Shown here piece by piece: positions 34,450 to 40,000 of a stretch of 40,000 nt of DNA. Each line of letters begins with the position of its first letter. The stretch's first letter is position 1. The translations under genes and the position numbers were made by a program. The notes below the pieces were generated by a model. The model was not told the DNA's origin, did no database searches, and saw only the letters and a program-made list of their open reading frames with translations. Source of the DNA: Gallionellaceae bacterium (GTDB lineage: Bacteria > Pseudomonadota > Gammaproteobacteria > Burkholderiales > Thiobacillaceae); assembly GCA_028714735.1 (NCBI GenBank), contig JAQTLU010000002.1, positions 443,840 through 483,839 on the forward strand. Reading direction: 5' to 3'.

Positions 34450-34983
34450 TTGAGCGACATCGTTTTCAAAACCGGCGAGGCCACCGTGCTCGCCGCGGAA
34501 GGCCAGTACACCGACGCCATGCCGGAAATCCTGATCGGCCGGGTCGACGGCCCGGTCGGCCATGCCTTTGCCAGCATGATGGGCCAGAGCGCGGGCCATA
34601 CCCGGATGTTTGCGATCCGTGCCTGCAACCAGCAAGTGCGTCCCGCGACCCTGATGGTGCCCAAGGTCACCATGAAGAGCATGGCCTACGTGGAACTGTT
34701 CGGCGGCACGGTGCAAGCCGCGACAGCAGACGCCGTGCTGGACAGCGTCATCGAAGGCGTCCTGCCCCGGGATCAGGTCAACGAACTGTGCATCGTCAGC
34801 CTGGTGTGGATCGATCCACGCTGCGCTACGGATGGCAACCTTGATCACCAGGACCTCTATCGCACCAATTACGAGGCGACCAAGCTGGCGATCCGGCGCG
34901 CCCTCAACGATGAACCCTCCATCGACGAACTGATCGCCAACCGGCATGTCATCAGGCACGACCTGTTCGTGCCTGATACCTGA
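34450..34983 (+). CDS. Divergent formaldehyde-activating-enzyme (Fae) paralog
   Basis: It aligns by eye along its whole length to the fae product at 10958-11470 (GE..V…, NYEATK conserved). The TTG start at 34450 has an AAAGGAG SD 5 nt upstream and gives an N-terminus co-linear with Fae. The alternative ATG at 34405 lacks an SD. Confidence 0.75.
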   Translation: MSDIVFKTGEATVLAAEGQYTDAMPEILIGRVDGPVGHAFASMMGQSAGHTRMFAIRACNQQVRPATLMVPKVTMKSMAYVELFGGTVQAATADAVLDSVIEGVLPRDQVNELCIVSLVWIDPRCATDGNLDHQDLYRTNYEATKLAIRRALNDEPSIDELIANRHVIRHDLFVPDT

Positions 34984-35039
34984 GCAGGCAGGGCTGCGCC
35001 GCCGGGCATAATGCATGCCCCTGTCCGAGATGTTTTCCG

Positions 35040-36503
35040 ATGAAGAATGAAGATGCCCCCCAGGAAAGCCTGGATCCGCAGGATTGGGAGGCCATGCTCG
35101 CCCTGGCCCATCGCATGGTGGACGATAGTTTTGCCCGGCTTCGCGGCGTGGCGGAGCAGCCGGTGTGGCGCGCGCCGCCCCCGGACCTGACGGACCGTTT
35201 CACGCTGTCCGCACCTCGCTTGCCCCAGGCGCCGGAAGCCGTGTACCGGGAGTTTTGCCAGTACATCCAGCCCTATCCCATGGGCAATACGCATCCCCGG
35301 TTCTGGGCCTGGTTCATGGGCAACGGCACGCCTTTCGCCGCGCTGGCGGATTTCCTTGCCTCGGTCATGAACACGAACCTGGGCGGCGGCAACCATGCTG
35401 CGCCCCTGGTGGAGCGGCAGGTCATCGATTGGGTGAAAGAGATGCTCGGTTTTCCTGCCGGGGCGAGCGGTTTGCTCGTAAGTGGCGCCTCCATGGCCAA
35501 TTTCATCGGTCTGGCTGTGGCCCGGCACGTCAAGGCGGGATTCGACGTGCGTGCTCAGGGCATGGCCGCGGCAAGCCGGCCGATGGTCGTCTATGCCTCC
35601 GCCGAGGCGCACGGCAGCAATCAGAAGGCGGCGGAAATGCTCGGCTTCGGCAGCCGGCATTTCCGCCGGATTGCGGTTCGCGAAGACTACGCGATCGATG
35701 TGGACGCCCTGGCCGCTGCCATCGCCGCCGACCGTGCGGCCGGGCGGCAACCGGTCTGCGTCATCGGCAGTGCCGGTACGATCAACACCGGCGCGATAGA
35801 CGACCTGGACGCCTTGGCCGATCTTTGTCGGGACGAGGCGATCTGGTTTCATGTCGACGGTGCCATCGGCGCCGTGGCCGTGCTGGCGGAGTCGGCGCGG
35901 GCCCGACTGGCCGGGTTGGAACGGGCCGACTCGATCGCCCTGGATTTGCATAAATGGATGCACATGCCGTTCGAGGTGGGCTGCATCCTGATCCGGGACC
36001 AGGCCAGCCATCGCCGGGCCTTCGAACTGGCTGTGGACTACCTGGAAACCCGGGAACGGGGCCTGGCCGCGGCGCAGCCATGGTTCATGGAGTACGGTCT
36101 GCAGACTTCGCGTCAGTTCCGTGCCCTGAAGGTATGGATGTCGTTCAAGGAGCATGGCCTGGACCGCTACGGCCGTCTCATCGAGCGCAACATTGCCCAG
36201 GCCCGCTATCTGTGCAGTCTGGTAGAGGCCTCGCCAGCACTTGAATTGATGGCGCCGGTGAGCCTGGATATCGTCTGCTTTCGCTATAACCCGGGCGGCA
36301 TGGACGGCGTCGAGCTGGATCAGGTCAATCTGGAGATCATGATGCGCCTGCAGGAGGAGGGTGTCGCCGCCCTCTCGGACACCTCCCTGAAGGGCATGCG
36401 CTGCCTTCGGGTGGCCATCGCCAACCACCGCAGCCGCCGGGAGGATTTCGACTTGCTGGTAGCGGCGATACTGCAATGGGGGCAGACCTTGCGCACGGAC
36501 TAG
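35040..36503 (+). CDS. Group II pyridoxal-phosphate-dependent decarboxylase (aromatic amino acid / tyrosine decarboxylase-like)
   Basis: 487 aa. It has SGASMANFIGLAVAR and the PLP-lysine block DLHKWMHMPFEVGCILIRD. The substrate cannot be read from the sequence. Confidence 0.85.
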   Translation: MKNEDAPQESLDPQDWEAMLALAHRMVDDSFARLRGVAEQPVWRAPPPDLTDRFTLSAPRLPQAPEAVYREFCQYIQPYPMGNTHPRFWAWFMGNGTPFAALADFLASVMNTNLGGGNHAAPLVERQVIDWVKEMLGFPAGASGLLVSGASMANFIGLAVARHVKAGFDVRAQGMAAASRPMVVYASAEAHGSNQKAAEMLGFGSRHFRRIAVREDYAIDVDALAAAIAADRAAGRQPVCVIGSAGTINTGAIDDLDALADLCRDEAIWFHVDGAIGAVAVLAESARARLAGLERADSIALDLHKWMHMPFEVGCILIRDQASHRRAFELAVDYLETRERGLAAAQPWFMEYGLQTSRQFRALKVWMSFKEHGLDRYGRLIERNIAQARYLCSLVEASPALELMAPVSLDIVCFRYNPGGMDGVELDQVNLEIMMRLQEEGVAALSDTSLKGMRCLRVAIANHRSRREDFDLLVAAILQWGQTLRTD

Positions 36504-36525
36504 CGGGCAAGGGGCCAGGGAAGGC

Positions 36526-36554
36526 TTGACAGTGGCATGGCCAGGCAATAAATT
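36526..36554 (+). promoter_or_regulatory. Sigma-70-type promoter of the TetR gene (TTGACA-17 nt-TAAATT)
   Basis: There is a perfect -35 hexamer at 36526-36531, a 17-nt spacer and the -10 hexamer TAAATT at 36549-36554. It lies 30 nt upstream of the TetR ATG. Confidence 0.6.
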
Positions 36555-36569
36555 AGAACGATCGTTCTA
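36554..36569. promoter_or_regulatory. 16-bp perfect palindrome TAGAACGATCGTTCTA, a probable TetR operator
   Basis: It lies directly between the -10 hexamer and the TetR start codon (36584). It is AT-rich relative to its surroundings. Confidence 0.65.
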
Positions 36570-36583
36570 GTCGGGCCTCTCGC

Positions 36584-37183
36584 ATGAGTCATGTGCTTTC
36601 ACCGCGTCCGGATACCCGTTTCCTGGTCCTGGACACGGCGCTGACATTGTTCACCGAACGTGGTTTTTTCAGCACGTCGGTGCACGATATCAGTCGCGAG
36701 GCAGGGGTGAGCATCGGTTCCATCTACCATCACTTCGGCGACAAGGAAGGCGTCGCAAGCGCGCTGTACGAGCAACTCGGAGCGCGCATGGAGGGGCTCA
36801 TCAGCGAGATCCGGCGTCGTCACACTACTGCCCATGACCAGGCGATGGAACTGGTCTCCCGATTGTTCCAGCTGACCGAGTCCGAGCCTCGTGCCATGGA
36901 ATTCATGCTCTACGCCAAGCATCGTGAGTTCCTCCCCCGCCAGGGGCCGGTCTGCTCCTCGCGTCCGTTCGTGTTGATGCGGGAAATCGTCAGCATGGGC
37001 ATGGAACGTGGCGAGATCCGTCCGATGGACACGCTGATCGCTTCCGCGAGCTTGTTCGGCGGCCCATTGCGTATGATCACCGGTCGTCTGGACGGCCTGG
37101 TGGACAAGCCTTTGCCGGAATGTCTCGACGCAGTCTGGGCATGTGCCTGGCGCGCCGTCGCAATGGCGGCGCCGGCGCCATGA
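36584..37183 (+). CDS. TetR/AcrR-family transcriptional regulator
   Basis: 199 aa with an N-terminal TetR HTH (LDTALTLFTERGFFSTSVHDISREAGVSIGSIYHHFGDKEG). Confidence 0.9.
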   Translation: MSHVLSPRPDTRFLVLDTALTLFTERGFFSTSVHDISREAGVSIGSIYHHFGDKEGVASALYEQLGARMEGLISEIRRRHTTAHDQAMELVSRLFQLTESEPRAMEFMLYAKHREFLPRQGPVCSSRPFVLMREIVSMGMERGEIRPMDTLIASASLFGGPLRMITGRLDGLVDKPLPECLDAVWACAWRAVAMAAPAP

Positions 37184-37209
37184 AGGTCACGGTCCGGGCG
37201 ATCCGTGAC

Positions 37210-37225
37210 TGGAACTTACGTTCTA
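37210..37225. promoter_or_regulatory. Second operator-like site TGGAACTTACGTTCTA
   Basis: It shares GAAC-N4-GTTCTA with the 36554-36569 palindrome (12 of 16 positions identical). It lies between the TetR stop and the small Cys-rich ORF. Confidence 0.4.
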
Positions 37226-37292
37226 ATCCCCTGGGTTTCAGGACATTTTTTACGAATCTGTTGTTCCGCATTCATTGATTAGGAGCCCCTTC

Positions 37293-37511
37293 GTGCGACA
37301 TGACGTCACGCCACTTGTCGAAAGGTATTGTTTCGGTTGTGTGCTCTACCCGCCCAACCTGCCTCCCTACGCCTATTCAGAGGAAGACTGGGCCTTGCTG
37401 CAAGGCATGGCTTGCTCTTTGGAACACAAGCCGGGCATGCCGGACTGCCTGGTGAGCCGCAAGACCAGTTGCAGTCTGGTGGAATTGGCGCCATCCCCCT
37501 GCACCTGCTAA
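37293..37511 (+). CDS. Hypothetical small Cys-rich protein (72 aa)
   Basis: The GTG start has an AGGAG SD 7 nt upstream. There are seven Cys residues, including CFGC and a C-terminal SCSLVELAPSPCTC. Third-position GC bias by eye is consistent with coding. I recognise no family. Confidence 0.35.
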   Translation: MRHDVTPLVERYCFGCVLYPPNLPPYAYSEEDWALLQGMACSLEHKPGMPDCLVSRKTSCSLVELAPSPCTC

Positions 37512-37691
37512 GCGTCGCCACGGTTGCAACCAGGGCCTCGCCCCGGCGGGACCCTGCCGCATTGCTTGGAGTGATTCGGCCGTGGCGAAGAAAGACGTAC
37601 CCAAGCGGATGCCTGACAGCCTGCCAGGCGATTGGCGGTTGGCCGTCACGCCAGGCAAACCCCGGCTAAAACGGTAGAGCATGTCCGGGTT

Positions 37692-38918
37692 TCAGGCCGC
37701 GACTGGCATGATGCTGTCGGCCACCTGATGGGCCAGCCAGGGTGCGGTCGAGTATTTTCCCGTGTCGATGGATAGGTAGGCGCCCAGCCGCGCGATGCCG
37801 TAGTCCGAGCGGCGGTGCAGGGTCGAATTCGGATCGGACAGGGCGCCTCGTCCGGCTGCGTATACCCAGCCGCCCGCCACGGTCATCTGTTCGATGCCTG
37901 CCCTGATACGGGCCGTTTCCGGCAGCAGGGCTTCCAGGCTGTCCAGGACCGAGTGGCTGATTTCCCGTGTCCGGTCTGGGCTCAATGCTGTGAGGGCGGG
38001 CGGGGAAATGGCGTTGCTGTCGGCGATCAAGCCCTTGGGATACCAGGAGAGGTAGAAATCCCGGCTGTTGTAATTCTTGATGTCGCCGAACGGGCCGGTG
38101 GTGATGATGGCGCTCGGCACTTCGAGCGGTCGGTCGGTGCGGATGAAGAGCGCCAGCCGGTAGCGATTGGACCAGTTTCCTTCCGGCTTCAGGCCGGCGG
38201 TGAGGTCGACGGCCAGGCGGCCTTCCCAGAGCGAATTGATGATGAAATCGTAAGGGCCGTGGCGACCGTCCTCGGTCTCGACAAACCAGCGGCCGTCGGT
38301 TTCCTGTGCGCTTTGCGGCCGGACCGACGTCACCCGTGTGGCCATCTGCTGCGCGATCCCCGTTTCCGCCGACAGGGCGGCAACGAAGCGGTCCGCAACC
38401 CACCCGGTGGCCACGGAACGCTCCGGAACGCGATAGCCGGCGACGATGTCGGGCGAGCCGGTGATGGCGCCGAGTTCGCGGGCCGTCATTCTTTCCGTTC
38501 GGCAGGCGGAGACGTCGACCAGATAGCGTCGGGCATCCGGATGCTGTCGTATCAGGTCGCTGGCCTGGCGAAAATAATCCTGCATGGCCTCCGGCGCCAC
38601 GACCGATTCGCGGTGGCACAGGTAGATGTCGTCGCCGGTCGTGGTGGCCGGGTCGAGCGAGCAGCCGATCAACTGTTCGGTCAGCCGCTTGAATGCCAGG
38701 CCGCCGGGCAGGATGTGCCGGATCGTTCCCAACGATCGATCGGCGTTGTACAGGAAACCGAGGTGGATCTTGCCTTCGTTCCACCGGCTGGCGGCCGAGA
38801 ACGGTTGCGCGGCCGCGTCGAACAGCGTCACCGAGGCGCCCCGGCGTGCCAGCAGCAGCGCACTCGAACTGCCCATGATTCCGGCGCCGAGGATGGCGAT
38901 GCGTGGCGCTCGGGTCAT
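37692..38918 (-). CDS. FAD-dependent oxidoreductase (DAO/GMC-like dinucleotide-binding N-terminus)
   Basis: 408 aa with an N-terminal RIAILGAGIMGSSSALLLARRG Rossmann GxGxxG motif. Specific function is not recognisable. Confidence 0.75.
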   Translation of the reverse strand: MTRAPRIAILGAGIMGSSSALLLARRGASVTLFDAAAQPFSAASRWNEGKIHLGFLYNADRSLGTIRHILPGGLAFKRLTEQLIGCSLDPATTTGDDIYLCHRESVVAPEAMQDYFRQASDLIRQHPDARRYLVDVSACRTERMTARELGAITGSPDIVAGYRVPERSVATGWVADRFVAALSAETGIAQQMATRVTSVRPQSAQETDGRWFVETEDGRHGPYDFIINSLWEGRLAVDLTAGLKPEGNWSNRYRLALFIRTDRPLEVPSAIITTGPFGDIKNYNSRDFYLSWYPKGLIADSNAISPPALTALSPDRTREISHSVLDSLEALLPETARIRAGIEQMTVAGGWVYAAGRGALSDPNSTLHRRSDYGIARLGAYLSIDTGKYSTAPWLAHQVADSIMPVAA

Positions 38919-38954
38919 CGCGGCGCGCTGCCCTGCCTGGTCGGCTGGCTGCTT

Positions 38955-39365
38955 TCAGGTCCAGTGGTCAAGGTACGAGTCCGGATCATAGGGCTCACTG
39001 GCGAAGACCAGCAGGCTGGTGCCTTCGGCCAGGTAGCGTTGCTGGCACCATACGCCCGCTTCGAGCACGAGCGCGAAGGAGGATGGCTCCAGGATGAACG
39101 CGGCCTCTTCCTGTCGGTAGCGCATCAGGATTTCGATACGCCCTTGCAGGCATACCAGCATCTGCATCCCGGATCGATGGGCGTGGCCGCCACGGCCAAC
39201 GCCAGCCGGCACGCTGCTGACGGTGAATGCGCGGCACGGCAGGAAGGGCATCTGATCGAACTGGAAAGGCAGCAGGACGCCACGATGATCGGCATGCGAT
39301 GGATACGCAATCAGCCTGGCGCGGCCGCCAAAATATTCGGTTTCGCTGTCCGGTCTGCTTACCAC
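38955..39365 (-). CDS. WxcM/FdtA-like cupin (sugar 3,4-ketoisomerase family)
   Basis: …HADHRGVLLPFQF…MPFLPCRAFTVSSVPAGVGRGGHAHR… matches the FdtA-type pattern (H.D.RG.L…RG.H.H). The GTG start at 39365 overlaps the stop of the upstream GT2 gene. The longer 210-aa track ORF would overlap that gene extensively. Confidence 0.7.
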   Translation of the reverse strand: MVSRPDSETEYFGGRARLIAYPSHADHRGVLLPFQFDQMPFLPCRAFTVSSVPAGVGRGGHAHRSGMQMLVCLQGRIEILMRYRQEEAAFILEPSSFALVLEAGVWCQQRYLAEGTSLLVFASEPYDPDSYLDHWT

Positions 39366-40000
39366 CGATGAAAGAGCCGATTCATTATCGAGGGCGCGCG
39401 TGGCTGCATCCTGGCTTTGGCCTTGACCATCCACCGGGTCAGCGGTGCCGCCAGCATGAGTTTCTCGTCGCTCGACAAGTCCGAATTCCACAATTCCCGC
39501 AGGCAGGCTGCGGAGGCCTCGTAATACTGTTTTTTTGAAAATGCCCAGCTTCTGGAAAGACTGCCCGGTTTCCAGAATTTGTCGCACAGTATCTCGGGGA
39601 CGCGGGCAAACTCGCCCAGCAGGCTCATGTGAAACAGCCAGGGCCAGTCCACCGAAAACTCGCCTGCATCATGCGTTTTGATGCCATGAATCCGGCGTGC
39701 TTCCTGCAACCGGAACAGGCCGCGATTCGGTACCCACCACATGTCGGGCCGTTCCAGCATCTTCAGGCCACGCTGTGCCCTGTCGGTCATGCCATCCAGC
39801 CCGGTGTAGATGCAATTCTGACGGGTACCGTCGACGGCCGTCAGCAAGAGGTCGGAGTAGCTCAGCACGACCTCGGGCCGGGTGTCCAGCACCGCGCACA
39901 ACTTCTCGATATAACTGGGCGCCAGGATGTCATCGTGAAATGCAAACAACACGTACTCGGCATCGGCCTGGTCGAGCAGAAAGTTGCAGTTGCCCGCATA
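39359..40000 (-). CDS. Family 2 glycosyltransferase, N-terminus outside window
   Basis: The frame stays open to the window edge (…YAGNCNFLLDQADAEYVLFAFHDDILAP…). This is the GT2 pattern of a nucleotide-sugar-binding region followed by a DD motif. Confidence 0.75.
   Translation of the reverse strand, partial: YAGNCNFLLDQADAEYVLFAFHDDILAPSYIEKLCAVLDTRPEVVLSYSDLLLTAVDGTRQNCIYTGLDGMTDRAQRGLKMLERPDMWWVPNRGLFRLQEARRIHGIKTHDAGEFSVDWPWLFHMSLLGEFARVPEILCDKFWKPGSLSRSWAFSKKQYYEASAACLRELWNSDLSSDEKLMLAAPLTRWMVKAKARMQPRAPSIMNRLFHRW

Noticed and set aside
34990-35039. GGGCAT-N5-ATGCCC hairpin between the Fae paralog and the decarboxylase, as a terminator.
   Set aside because: The stem is only 6 bp and the nearest T-run is about 14 nt away. 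The 56-nt gap is more consistent with co-transcription.
36534-36549. TGGCATGGCCAGGCAA inside the TetR promoter as a fifth sigma-54 promoter.
   Set aside because: The GG-to-GC spacing is 9 nt, not 10, and the -12 region does not resemble TTGC. The sequence sits in the spacer of a good sigma-70 promoter.
37186-37209. Hairpin GTCACGG-N10-CCGTGAC just after the TetR stop, as a terminator or as another GTGACA/TGTCAC site.
   Set aside because: There is no downstream T-tract, so it is not a convincing intrinsic terminator. The half-site order and spacing differ from the GTGACA-N3-TGTCAC element, and each half matches only 5 of 6 positions.
37522-37531. 10-bp perfect palindrome GGTTGCAACC after the small ORF. 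There are also loosely TGTCAC-like fragments at 37600-37650.
   Set aside because: Ten-bp palindromes are expected dozens of times by chance in a window this size. The fragments do not form the 6-N3-6 arrangement.
1-40000. Search for a defence system, prophage, integron, CRISPR array, toxin-antitoxin pair, tRNA/rRNA or IS element.
   Set aside because: No repeat-spacer architecture, no nuclease, helicase, integrase or transposase-like translations, and no structured RNA genes were recognisable by eye. Apart from the roughly 500 bp at 37184-37691, which holds only the unassigned 72-aa ORF, essentially all coding capacity is accounted for by metabolic, chaperone and regulatory genes. A proper scan (tRNAscan, Infernal, HMMs) would be needed to exclude small elements.

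Overview
This is a GC-rich, tightly packed bacterial C1-metabolism locus of the methylotroph type; the taxon cannot be determined from the sequence alone. I saw no rRNA, tRNA, CRISPR array, transposase, integrase or phage genes. The window has four parts.

(1) 1-17.5 kb holds a sigma-54 activator followed by genes for tetrahydromethanopterin (H4MPT) and methanofuran cofactor biosynthesis, plus the formaldehyde-oxidation genes fae, mch, mtdB and mptG.

(2) 17.7-24.1 kb holds fhcBADC (formyltransferase/hydrolase complex), a histidine phosphatase, folP and a PCu(A)C copper chaperone.

(3) 24.2-30.7 kb, on the minus strand, holds the NAD-linked formate dehydrogenase operon fdsGBA-fdhD-fdsD, with folK translationally coupled to its end.

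(4) 30.7-40 kb looks lower in GC by eye and appears accessory. It holds a methanethiol-oxidase-type module (SBP56/MtoX, SCO1/SenC, MauG-like di-haem peroxidase), then a divergent Fae paralog and a PLP decarboxylase. After these come a TetR gene with a palindromic operator, a small Cys-rich ORF, and the edge of a sugar-modification cluster (FAD oxidoreductase, FdtA-like cupin, GT2).

The most interesting signal is regulatory. The two divergent intergenic regions (17.5 kb and 30.7-31.0 kb) each carry two outward-facing sigma-54 promoters (TGGCAY-N5-NTGCT), four in total. Both regions also contain the same GTGACA-N3-TGTCAC palindrome. This predicts a single sigma-54 regulon joining H4MPT-pathway genes, fhc, formate dehydrogenase and methanethiol oxidation.

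I found no evidence for a defence or mobile system. The candidates for novelty are this regulon, the MtoX-Fae-paralog coupling, and a 406-aa protein that fuses a Ros/MucR-like zinc-finger motif to a PTPS-like domain. Many long ORFs in the six-frame track are antisense or alternative-frame artefacts of high GC content.
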